NCBI GenBank assembly: GCA_946413525.1
Contig: CAMKKZ010000018.1
Location: 1,082 to 65,081, forward strand
Direction: 5' to 3'
DNA length: 64,000 bases
DNA from: an uncultured Oribacterium sp.
GTDB lineage: Bacteria > Bacillota > Clostridia > Lachnospirales > Lachnospiraceae
Shown here: piece by piece, positions 1 to 8,071 of the stretch
Position numbering within the stretch: position 1 is the first letter of the stretch
Layout of the letters: every line of letters begins with the position of its first letter
The notes under the pieces: model-generated
Databases searched by the model: none
Told to the model about the DNA's origin: nothing
Seen by the model: only the letters and a program-made list of their open reading frames with translations
Position numbers and translations under genes: made by a program

Positions 1-21
1 GCTCCGAAAGGAGTTTTCTAC

Positions 22-594
22 ATGAAAAAAGACTTAGGCTTAGTGCAGGCGGTTTACCCAATGCCGGTGCTGATGGTGGCGGCATATGATGAAAACGAAA
101 AGGTCAACGTCATGAACGTAGCGTGGGGACAGATCTGCGACGACGATAAGATCATCCTCTTCATCGGCGAGGGCAAGCGCACGTGGCTCAACATCAAGGC
201 AAGCAAAGCCTTCACCGTCGCTTTGGCTGACAAAGCGCACATGGACGTTGCCGACTTCTTCGGTATTGCTTCCGGCAACAAGATCGACGATAAATTCGAG
301 CGTACCGGCTATCACGCCGTAAAGAGTGACAAGGTCAACGCGCCGATCATCGAGGAGTTCCCGGTTGTCATGGAATGTGAGCTTTTAGAGTTCCTTCATA
401 CCGACTATGTTGACGGAATCGTAGGAAAGATCGTCAACGTAAAGGCCGAGGAAACAGTCCTCAGCGAGAACGGCAAGGTCGATCCCGAGAAGCTGAACGC
501 TCTGATGTTCGATCAGTTCCAGCACGGTTACTACATGACCGGTGAAAAGGTTGGCAAGGCATGGAATGCCGGTGCCGCACTCATGAAGAAATAA
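22..594 (+). CDS. flavin reductase-like FMN-binding protein
   Basis: 190-aa ORF; ATG preceded by AAAGGAG; YPMPVLMVAAYD..NVMNVAWGQ resembles the Flavin_Reduct split-barrel domain (by eye). Confidence 0.8.
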   Translation: MKKDLGLVQAVYPMPVLMVAAYDENEKVNVMNVAWGQICDDDKIILFIGEGKRTWLNIKASKAFTVALADKAHMDVADFFGIASGNKIDDKFERTGYHAVKSDKVNAPIIEEFPVVMECELLEFLHTDYVDGIVGKIVNVKAEETVLSENGKVDPEKLNALMFDQFQHGYYMTGEKVGKAWNAGAALMKK

Positions 595-614
595 TATAGA
601 AGGAGTTTTCAAAA

Positions 615-1121
615 ATGGAAAAAATCAATCTGCCGAAGGCGTCTTCTCTGACGTCACCGAATCCCGTAACGCTCGTCTGCACCCAAAAGCCCGATAGCAC
701 TACGAATCTTGCCACGGTTTCGTGGTGGACGTATCTTTCCTTCAATCCCGCAATGATCGCCTACGCAATGGCCAAGACCTCCTTCAGCGGCGAAATGGTG
801 CGTGAAAACAAGAAAGTCATTCTAACGATTCCCGGCTCCGCCATCAAGGATGCCGTCATGGGCTGCGGCATGTCCACAGGTCGGGATACCAATAAGATCG
901 AGAATCTCGGCATCAAGATGCAGAGCGTTCCCGGCAGCGATATTCAGATCCCGGAGCACACCCGCGTTGCGATCCAGTGCACCCTGAAGGAGTTCCATGA
1001 GGTTGGCGATCATTATCTCTACATTTGCAATGTGGAGCAGGTCTTTACCGATGAGAGCGAGGAAGCTCTCTTTGCGTGGAACGGCTATGCTAAGATCGCC
1101 ACAGCGAAGCAGGGGGAATAA
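615..1121 (+). CDS. flavin reductase-like protein (paralog of preceding gene)
   Basis: 168-aa ORF 20 nt after previous stop with the same AAGGAG-N8-ATG context; SPNPVTLVCT..NLATVSWWTYLSFNP fits Flavin_Reduct domain. Confidence 0.8.
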   Translation: MEKINLPKASSLTSPNPVTLVCTQKPDSTTNLATVSWWTYLSFNPAMIAYAMAKTSFSGEMVRENKKVILTIPGSAIKDAVMGCGMSTGRDTNKIENLGIKMQSVPGSDIQIPEHTRVAIQCTLKEFHEVGDHYLYICNVEQVFTDESEEALFAWNGYAKIATAKQGE

Positions 1122-1124
1122 AGA

Positions 1125-1373
1125 ATGGTTAAAACAGTATTGTCTGTAGACGGTCTCGTTTGCGATATGTGTGATGCGCATATGAATGACGCCATCCGCA
1201 GGGCATTCAAGGTCAAAAAGGTAAAGTCTTCTCACGCAAAAGGTGAAACGGTCATCATCACAGAAAATGAGCTTACCCGTGAGGGTATAGAAAAAGCGGT
1301 TAGCGAAACAGGATACAGAATCCTTTCTATGAAAACGGAGCCTTACGAAAAAAAAGGCTTGTTCGGATTCTGA
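1125..1373 (+). CDS. heavy-metal-associated (HMA) domain protein, CopZ-like
   Basis: 82-aa ORF; VDGLVCDMCDAH = GxxCxxC metal-binding loop of the HMA fold; terminator follows at 1383. Confidence 0.7.
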   Translation: MVKTVLSVDGLVCDMCDAHMNDAIRRAFKVKKVKSSHAKGETVIITENELTREGIEKAVSETGYRILSMKTEPYEKKGLFGF

Positions 1374-1382
1374 GAAATGTAC

Positions 1383-1420
1383 ACAGGCGGCGAGGTTCGA
1401 TCTTCGCTGCCTGTTTTTAT
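1383..1420 (+). terminator. Rho-independent terminator of the flavin reductase/HMA operon
   Basis: ACAGGCGGCGA-N10-TCGCTGCCTGT stem (one G-T pair) followed by TTTTAT, 10 nt after stop. Confidence 0.75.
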
Positions 1421-1780
1421 ATTTACCTCATTTCATGACGCAAGAAGGTAAATAAATCGATGAATAAAAACAGCCGGGACACCCCGGTTTCCGCAACTTA
1501 CCCCTCAAACGCCAACTTCCCCCTCAGGCGGCAAAATCGGCGGAGGAATAATTAAATTGTATCAATCTCGGTGTTTTTATATCTCTTAAATTTACACTGA
1601 GGTATCTTTCTGCTCAACCCCTTTCTGTACATTCATCGTTTACATTTTGAATTATACAGGAAGCTTGTGCCGTGGGAAAACCCGCAAAAAGTCAAGAATT
1701 CGTTTATCACAAATCCATTCTTTTATCAAGAGTTAATCTTTAAGACCTCGTTAATAAGCTTTCGTCTGGTTAAAACTGTT

Positions 1781-1823
1781 CAAAATAAAATAAAGACGGA
1801 AGTACCTATATTTCAGTACTTCC
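1781..1823 (-). terminator. Rho-independent terminator downstream of methyltransferase gene
   Basis: GGAAGTAC-N10-GTACTTCC perfect 8-bp stem; T-rich run on minus strand (plus-strand AAAATAAAATAAAG at 1781-1797). Confidence 0.6.
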
Positions 1824-1911
1824 GCCATAAGATTTGTCTGCATAGAATTCTTATCTGACTGGCTTCCTGCCGTTTAATTGGAATTCATCATGGGCTGATG
1901 TGATTCTTAGC

Positions 1912-3162
1912 CTAGGAAAGTTTGGACAAAAGGCAAGCCATCTCAATATTGTCCGTTTTTGGGAACATGTCTACGGCGCACATCCTGATCACCCGGTACC
2001 CCGCCTCCTGAAGGGGGACGAGGTCCCGGGCCAGGCTGGATGGCTTGCAGGCGACATAGACCATCCGGCTGACGCCGTAATCTATGATCTTTCGAAGCGC
2101 TTTGGAATGCACACCGTCCCGGGGCGGGTCCAGTATGATGACGTCCGGCTTTGGAACATCCGAAAGGCTCCCGTCCTCCCGTATGAGCCGCCCCCCCTCG
2201 CCAATGATTTTCAAGACATCTCCGGCAATGAAGCTGCAGTTCCCGATGCCGTTCAGCGCGGTGTTTTCCCGGGCCGCCTTCACCGCCTCCGGCACGAGCT
2301 CGATCCCTACGGCCTGCGATGCCCGGGCAGCCATCAGCTCCGTAATGGTGCCCGTTCCCGAATAAAGGTCGTAAATCACCGGCAGGCGGCCGGAATGAAC
2401 CGGATCCACCTCCCAGGAGGCGTATTCCCGCACCTTCCCATACAAGAGCTCGGCGCCCAGGGAATTTGTCTGGAAAAAGGAGAAAGGGGTGATCCTGAAA
2501 CGGAGGCCGAGGATTTCCTCAAAAAAGAAATCCGCTCCATACAATGTCTCCGTCCCCTCATCCTTAATGGCATCGGAAAGCGCGTCGTTCCTCGTATGGA
2601 GGATGCCGGCAAAATGCCCTTCCAGCTTTCCCTGCCCGCAAAGGCCCAGCAGGGACTCCTTCCAGCCTTCCAGAAGGGACTCCTCCGTTCCCCCAAGCCC
2701 GGGATCCTCCCCCGTGGTTACAAGGTCGGCCAGTATCTCCCCCGTCCTCTCCGCCCGCCTCACCAGAAGATGCCGAAGATACCCCCGGTGGGACTTCTTG
2801 TGGAAATAACTAATACCCAGGGCGGCAAAATAGTCCCTTGTTCTCTCAAGAATGAATCCGAAATCCGGATGGGGAAGCAGGCAGCAGTCCGCGTTCAGGA
2901 TATTGAAAAAGCTCCTCCGCTGGTGCAGGCCCAGCGTGAGCGGCCCATCCTTCTGCATATCGCCGAAAGTATATTCCATCTTATTCCGATAATGCAGCGC
3001 TTTGGGGGACGGGATAATCCCATCGTATATATAATCGTCCCTGATGACAGGCGAAAAGAGGCTGAGGACGCCTTCTTCCTTGGTCCTCAGCTCCTCCTCG
3101 TATCCTATGCCCTGATAACGGCATCCGCCGCACTTATCCGCATTCTCGCACAAGCCATTCAT
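1912..3162 (-). CDS. 23S rRNA (uracil-5-)-methyltransferase, RumA/TrmA family
   Basis: 416 aa; N-terminal Cys cluster CENADKCGGCRYQ, SAM motif DLYSGTGTI, C-terminal VYVACKPSSLARD; ATG 3 nt after upstream stop (coupled). Confidence 0.85.
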   Translation of the reverse strand: MNGLCENADKCGGCRYQGIGYEEELRTKEEGVLSLFSPVIRDDYIYDGIIPSPKALHYRNKMEYTFGDMQKDGPLTLGLHQRRSFFNILNADCCLLPHPDFGFILERTRDYFAALGISYFHKKSHRGYLRHLLVRRAERTGEILADLVTTGEDPGLGGTEESLLEGWKESLLGLCGQGKLEGHFAGILHTRNDALSDAIKDEGTETLYGADFFFEEILGLRFRITPFSFFQTNSLGAELLYGKVREYASWEVDPVHSGRLPVIYDLYSGTGTITELMAARASQAVGIELVPEAVKAARENTALNGIGNCSFIAGDVLKIIGEGGRLIREDGSLSDVPKPDVIILDPPRDGVHSKALRKIIDYGVSRMVYVACKPSSLARDLVPLQEAGYRVIRMCAVDMFPKTDNIEMACLLSKLS

Positions 3163-3165
3163 TGC

Positions 3166-3525
3166 TTACGACTCCGGCACGACGTCCGGATCCTCTTCCG
3201 CCTCAGGACCAGACTTCGACTCGCCGTCTTCCCCGTCATTATAGTCCTCATCCTCCTCGATATCATCGAAATCATCAAAATCGTCAAAGTCATCGTCAGG
3301 AGATATGAAACGATAAACAGCATAGATAAAGGCGCAGGCTGCGGCAACGACAGCCAGAATGGCGATGAGCTGCATCAGCCTTTTTTTGGAATCCTTGTCC
3401 TCCTGCTTCTCCACAAGGTATTCCATCATCCTGGAATGATTCAACAGGTCCTCGGCATGCTCCTTTGTCGCGGCAGCAAACTCCTGGGCATTGCTCTTCA
3501 ACGCTTCAATATCAATTTTTTCCAT
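3166..3525 (-). CDS. small single-pass membrane protein with poly-acidic tail
   Basis: ORF 3166..3561; ATG 3525 (MEKIDIEAL) has AAGGAGG 7 nt upstream, earlier ATG lies inside the leader repeat; TM LMQLIAILAVVAAACAFIYAV then DDDFDDFDDFDDIEEDEDY. Confidence 0.6.
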   Translation of the reverse strand: MEKIDIEALKSNAQEFAAATKEHAEDLLNHSRMMEYLVEKQEDKDSKKRLMQLIAILAVVAAACAFIYAVYRFISPDDDFDDFDDFDDIEEDEDYNDGEDGESKSGPEAEEDPDVVPES

Positions 3526-3532
3526 TTCCTGA

Positions 3533-3675
3533 CCTCCTTTATTATGGTTTTGGAGCCCCATTAATTTCCGACAAACGGCTGCGGTATCGCCAGCTACATG
3601 GCTCCTTTATCAAAGTGGTTTTGGCCGCTTTAATTCCCGGCAAACAGCGGCGGTATCGCAGACTACATGACTCCT
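3533..3675. repeat. two-hairpin intercistronic repeat, cluster a (2 units)
   Basis: Units 3533-3605 and 3606-3675: ..AAAGTGGTTTTGGCCGCTTTAATTCCCGGCAAACAGCGGCGGTATCGCAGACTACATGACTCC; between pcrA stop and next start. Confidence 0.85.
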
Positions 3676-3731
3676 CATTCCTGAAAGTATAACATTGATA
3701 ATGGACAATTTCCATAAAAAGAATAAAGGCT

Positions 3732-6413
3732 TTATCCAATCTTCTTTAATTTCGCGAAGCTCGCCAGCATTTTTTTCTGTCCCGCCGTGTCGAATTCAAC
3801 CGTCACCATGAAGTCCTTCTTGTTTTCAGCAATCTCCTTCACCGTGCCCTCCCCGAATTTGACGTGGGAAACCCGGTCTCCGGCGGCATAATCCAGGCTG
3901 CTGAGCATCTGTATTTCAGAGCCCTTCCGAATATGCCCTGCCAAAATATTGGCGTCACTGGGGTTCGAAATCCCCCTGCGGAAGCCGGGACGGCTTTTGG
4001 CCTGCGCTGCGCCCGCCCCGGAAGAGGGGGAATCCTTCCCGGCCCCCTCAAAGGAAGCCCTTCCGAAAGACTGACCACCGCCGGTGAAGCCCCCATATCC
4101 GGCATTGCCGCTGCCTTTCCAGCCATATGATCCGGGTAAATCCATGTACCCGTCATCTGAATCATACCTCCCGCGGTCAAGGCCGGGCAGAAGCTCCTTC
4201 CGTACCAGGTCGTCGGGCATTTCCTTCAGAAACCGGCTCGGCGGGAAGCTCTGGTACTGTCCGTTCACCATGCGGGACCTCCCCGAGGTCATCATAAGCT
4301 CTTCCCTCGCCCTTGTAATTCCCACATAGCAAAGCCTTCTTTCCTCCTCCACCGCCTCGGGGGACTGCATGGAGAGGAAGCCCGGAAAAAGGCCCTCGCT
4401 CATGCCCGCGAGGCAGACCCTGGGGAATTCCAGGCCCTTAGAACCATGAAGCGTCATAAGGGTGAGCGCGTCCTTCGAATCATCGGTCCGATCAATATCC
4501 GAAATCAGGGAAACCTCCTCCAGGAAGGCCGGGAGGGAGGGGCTTTCCGTCTCCTGCTCGAAGCTCACCGCCTTGGAAATGAGCTCCTCGATATTTTCAA
4601 ATCTTGTCTCCGCCTCCGTCTTCCCCTCCGAAAGCAATTCCTTGGCATACCCCGTATCATCCCGGATTGATTCGATGAGCTGCCGGAGGCTACATCCCGA
4701 GCCGGGTTCCGGATTGCCATGCGACGCGCCGGCGAAACCCGCGGCGGACGCCACTGGCCCCGATTTTACCGCACTAGCGACAGAAGCGGCGCCTGCCACC
4801 GTCCCCGATTTTTCCGCATCGGCGGAACCCGCGGCGGACGCCCCTGGCCCCGATTTTACCGTATTGGCGACAGATGCGGCGCCTGCCAACGTCCCCGATT
4901 TTGCCGCATTAGCGGAAACCGCGGCGGACGCCCCTGGCCCTGCTGTTCCCGCTCCGGCGGCATTCGCGTTTCCCATATATCCCGAAGCCGACAGCCTTTC
5001 CCGCCATCCATCTATGAACGCGGCAAATTCCTGCATCTGCTTTTCGCCCTTCCCGCGGATGCCCGCCTCCCGGGCATGGCAGACAGCGCTATACATTGTC
5101 ATCGGCTCATCCTCCGTGGAATAATCCAGGGCATAATTCCTGAGCTTCGCAATCGTGGTTTCCCCGATGCCGCGCTTAGGCACATTGATGATACGTTCCA
5201 GAGAAAGGTTGTCTGATTCATTGGCAATAAGCTTCATGTAGGCAAGGATGTCCTTAATCTCCCGCCTTTGGTAAAAGTTCACGCCGCCAACCATCTGGTA
5301 AGGCACGTTCATCTTGATGCACTGCTCTTCAAGAAGCCTGGACTGCGCGTTGGTCCGGTATAGGACGGCCTGGTCATGATAGGGGCGGCCGCAGTCCTTC
5401 ACGCTCCGTATAATGGCGGCAGCCTCTTCCGGGGCGGTGGGATACTCGTGGAAAAGAACCTCGGCGCCGCCCTTTTTCTCCGTCCACAGCCTCTTGTCCT
5501 TCCTCCCGAAATTATTCCGTATCACGGCATTCGCCACGTCCAGTATCCTGGATGTGGAACGATAATTCTGCTCAAGCTTGATGACCTTGGCGTTCGGCCA
5601 GCTTTTTTCAAAGGAAAGGATGTTCTCGATATTCGCTCCCCGGAAACTGTAGATGCTCTGATCATCGTCCCCGACCACGCAAATATTCTGGTATTTCCCC
5701 GCAAGCAGATAAACGAGCTGGAACTGTATGTCATTGGTGTCCTGATACTCATCCACCATGATATAATGGAAGCGTTCCTGGTAATAGGCGAGCGCCTCCT
5801 GGTGCTTCTTCAGAACTTCCACTGACCTGAGAAGCAGGTCGTCGAAATCCATGGCATTGTTGCTCCGCAGGCGTTTTTCATATTCCAGATAGCAATCCGC
5901 CATCCGCTTCTCCCGCAGGTTCCCGCCCGCCTCCTTCTGGAATTCGACAGGGTCCGTCCCGGAATTCTTGGCGGATGAAATCCTTGACAATACTTCCCTT
6001 TCCCTGAAAAGCTTGCCGCCATCCAGATTAAGGTCCTTGAATATCCCTTTCATGACGGTATTCTGGTCGTCCGTATCATAAATGGAAAAATCCCGGGTGT
6101 AGCCCAGGAGGTCGGCGTAACGGCGGAGGATACGCACGCACATGCTGTGAAAGGTGGATACCCACACGTCCTTTGCCCGGTCTCCCGAAAGCTTGTTCAC
6201 GCGTTCCCGCATCTCCCTGGCAGCCTTGTTGGTAAAGGTGATGGCCAAAATGTTCCATGGCATGACGCCGCAATTTTCCAAAAGATAGGCCACCCTGTGC
6301 GTCAGCACCCTTGTTTTACCGGATCCTGCGCCGGCCAGCACCAGAAGGGGTCCCTCAGTGCACCGTACGGCCTCAGCCTGTTCCTTATTCAAAATCTTGT
6401 CAAGATTGTCCAT
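3732..6413 (-). CDS. pcrA: ATP-dependent DNA helicase PcrA (UvrD family)
   Basis: AGAGSGKT Walker A, DEYQDTN, C-terminal Tudor-like GDRVSHVKFGEGTV; ORF opens at 6449 but ATG 6413 (MDNLDKILNKEQ) has GGAGG upstream. Confidence 0.9.
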   Translation of the reverse strand: MDNLDKILNKEQAEAVRCTEGPLLVLAGAGSGKTRVLTHRVAYLLENCGVMPWNILAITFTNKAAREMRERVNKLSGDRAKDVWVSTFHSMCVRILRRYADLLGYTRDFSIYDTDDQNTVMKGIFKDLNLDGGKLFREREVLSRISSAKNSGTDPVEFQKEAGGNLREKRMADCYLEYEKRLRSNNAMDFDDLLLRSVEVLKKHQEALAYYQERFHYIMVDEYQDTNDIQFQLVYLLAGKYQNICVVGDDDQSIYSFRGANIENILSFEKSWPNAKVIKLEQNYRSTSRILDVANAVIRNNFGRKDKRLWTEKKGGAEVLFHEYPTAPEEAAAIIRSVKDCGRPYHDQAVLYRTNAQSRLLEEQCIKMNVPYQMVGGVNFYQRREIKDILAYMKLIANESDNLSLERIINVPKRGIGETTIAKLRNYALDYSTEDEPMTMYSAVCHAREAGIRGKGEKQMQEFAAFIDGWRERLSASGYMGNANAAGAGTAGPGASAAVSANAAKSGTLAGAASVANTVKSGPGASAAGSADAEKSGTVAGAASVASAVKSGPVASAAGFAGASHGNPEPGSGCSLRQLIESIRDDTGYAKELLSEGKTEAETRFENIEELISKAVSFEQETESPSLPAFLEEVSLISDIDRTDDSKDALTLMTLHGSKGLEFPRVCLAGMSEGLFPGFLSMQSPEAVEEERRLCYVGITRAREELMMTSGRSRMVNGQYQSFPPSRFLKEMPDDLVRKELLPGLDRGRYDSDDGYMDLPGSYGWKGSGNAGYGGFTGGGQSFGRASFEGAGKDSPSSGAGAAQAKSRPGFRRGISNPSDANILAGHIRKGSEIQMLSSLDYAAGDRVSHVKFGEGTVKEIAENKKDFMVTVEFDTAGQKKMLASFAKLKKIG
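4731..4960 (-). repeat. in-frame 90-bp (2 x 45-bp) tandem repeat inside pcrA
   Basis: GCGGCGGACG recurs at 4741, 4831, 4921; encodes Ala/Gly/Ser-rich SGPGASAAGSADAEKSGTVAGAASVA.. blocks. Confidence 0.85.
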
Positions 6414-6484
6414 TGCTTCAAAAACCTCCAAAGCTTCCACCCCAACCATTCATACTTTGACTTAATGCCGCAGGCGTTGAGTCC

Positions 6485-6540
6485 CATTTGTGACGCGCCA
6501 GCGGCACAAATGAAGTATGAAAAGCTTGCTTTTCATACTT
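6485..6540. repeat. palindromic element related to MITE core
   Basis: CATTTGTG-N12-CACAAATG (6485-6512) then AAGTATGAAAAG-CTTG-CTTTTCATACTT (6513-6540); core GAAAAGCTTGCTTTTC also centres the MITEs at 26839 and 27553. Confidence 0.6.
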
Positions 6541-6569
6541 CCAGTCATGGGGTCCCGCCCCACAGAAAA

Positions 6570-6598
6570 ATCATGAAAGATCCTTTCATGATTTTTTG
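6570..6598. terminator. orphan hairpin with flanking A/T tracts (bidirectional terminator-like)
   Basis: ATCATGAAAG-ATC-CTTTCATGAT followed by TTTTT and preceded by AAAAA; no convergent gene ends here. Confidence 0.45.
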
Positions 6599-6680
6599 TC
6601 TTTTATTATCTTTAATCGTCCACATAGTTTGCAAAACTATTTCTTGTTGCCAATAGGTGATTATGTTATACTGGAGAAAA

Positions 6681-6858
6681 CCACTGTTTATTACACTCTA
6701 ATTATTAGTGCCCTGTTTATTACAATCTTTTTGTTAGCACCCTATTTAACTCTATTTATTATACTCTTTTTGTTAGCGCCCTATTTAACTCTATTTATTA
6801 TACTCTATTTGTCAGCACCCTATTTATTACATTCTATTTGGTAGCACCCTATTTGTGG
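6681..6858. repeat. AT-rich tandem array (29/39-bp units) with AGCACCCTATT motif
   Basis: AG(C/T)(A/G)CCCT(A/G)TTTA at 6708, 6736, 6775, 6814, 6843; two 39-bp units nearly identical. Confidence 0.8.
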
Positions 6859-6896
6859 CCGCACCTGGCGGCTGGTTGTTTTCGGAACAGAATGCT

Positions 6897-7574
6897 ATGG
6901 ACGATAATATTATAAATGAAATAATCAAATACCTTGAAAGCCTTCACCCGCTGCCCTCCGAAGATGTGCCTGACATCCAGCTTTACATGGATCAGGTGAC
7001 AGGATTTATGGAGGCCAGGCTTTCCATGCTGAAAAGGAACCCGGAGGACAAGGCGCTGACCAAGACCATGATCAACAACTATTCCAAAAACCGCCTTCTT
7101 CCGCCGTCCGAAAAGAAGCGCTACTCCCGGGAACATCTTCTCCTGCTCCTCTTCATCTATTATTATAAAGGCATCCTGAACCTCTCTGATATCTCAGTCA
7201 TCCTCGGTCCCCTGGAAGATAAATATTTCAATGGAACCAGCCCTCTGCGCCTGCAGGATATTTATGATGAAATATTTTCATTGGAAGACCGGGGGATGAA
7301 GGATCTGATCAATGACATCCGCAGGAAATATGACATTGCCAAAAACACCTTTCCGGAATCCAACGATAAAATCTCCGCCCTTTCCGGAGAGGATCAGGAA
7401 GAACTCCGTCTTTTCAGCTTCCTTTCCGAGCTTCTTTTCGATGTCTTCCTGAAACGGCGCGTAATGGAAATGATCATTGACCGGATCAGGCAGGACACAG
7501 CCATGAAAAAATCGGCCATGATGAATCAGAATACGTCAGCAGAAAAGCGGATGAAGGAAAAGCGCAGGAATTAA
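6897..7574 (+). CDS. DUF1836 domain protein
   Basis: LTKTMINNYSKNRLLPPSEKKRYSREHLLLLLFIYYYKGILNLSDI matches the DUF1836 signature; ORF opens at GTG 6855, first ATG at 6897 (start uncertain). Confidence 0.7.
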   Translation: MDDNIINEIIKYLESLHPLPSEDVPDIQLYMDQVTGFMEARLSMLKRNPEDKALTKTMINNYSKNRLLPPSEKKRYSREHLLLLLFIYYYKGILNLSDISVILGPLEDKYFNGTSPLRLQDIYDEIFSLEDRGMKDLINDIRRKYDIAKNTFPESNDKISALSGEDQEELRLFSFLSELLFDVFLKRRVMEMIIDRIRQDTAMKKSAMMNQNTSAEKRMKEKRRN

Positions 7575-7730
7575 CTATGCATCAAGTATATCTATGCATC
7601 AAGCATAACCATGCATCAGGCATAACCATGCATCAGGCATAACCATGCATCAGGCATAACCATGCATAAGGCATAACAAGGCATTAAGCATAACTATGCA
7701 TCAGGCATAACCATGCGTCATCAAGCATAG
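7575..7730. repeat. 17-bp tandem array (about 9 units)
   Basis: CATGCATCAGGCATAAC repeated head to tail, filling the convergent gap 7575-7720 and running into the stop codon of the next gene. Confidence 0.9.
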
Positions 7731-8026
7731 CTGCCACCATTGGACGACTCCAATACGAGGCTGTACCCGCCCGCGCCATGACGCAAGGCGCGGTTGACGC
7801 GGGAAATGGTCGCCGTAGCCGCGCCTGTCAGGTCTGCGATTTCAAGATAGGTCCGTCCCTTCAGGAGCATTTCGGCAATTTCAATCCTTTGAGCCATAGA
7901 CAGGATTTCATTAATTGTACACAAATCCTCAAAAAACCTTGCGCATTCTTCCCGGCTTTTCAAAGATAAGATTGCGTCATACAAGCGGTCAGGCGATCCA
8001 TCAGCCTGCCTTCCCCTGTTTTCCAT
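7721..8026 (-). CDS. TrpR-related YerC/YecD family protein
   Basis: 101 aa; LCTINEILSMAQRIEIAEMLLKGRTYLEIADLTGAATATISRVNRAL is the YerC/YecD HTH signature. Confidence 0.8.
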   Translation of the reverse strand: MENRGRQADGSPDRLYDAILSLKSREECARFFEDLCTINEILSMAQRIEIAEMLLKGRTYLEIADLTGAATATISRVNRALRHGAGGYSLVLESSNGGSYA

Positions 8027-8071
8027 ATAATTCTTCCCTTACCCTCGCCCGGGCCCCCTTCGGATGCCGGG

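Noticed and set aside
1900-3564. 554-aa plus-strand ORF, and similar long antisense ORFs (14059..15840, 15871..17016, 28292..29374, 34067..35194, 46983..48290, 52782..54254, 57698..58879, 59857..60777)
   Set aside because: Each is the shadow of a minus-strand gene that has clear family motifs. Their translations are Arg/Pro/His-rich nonsense typical of antisense frames in GC-rich DNA.
6596-6844. 82-aa plus-strand ORF with LLAPYLTLFIILF repeats
   Set aside because: It is generated by the AT-rich tandem array. There is no RBS, and the periodic hydrophobic peptide mirrors the DNA repeat. Translation cannot be fully excluded.
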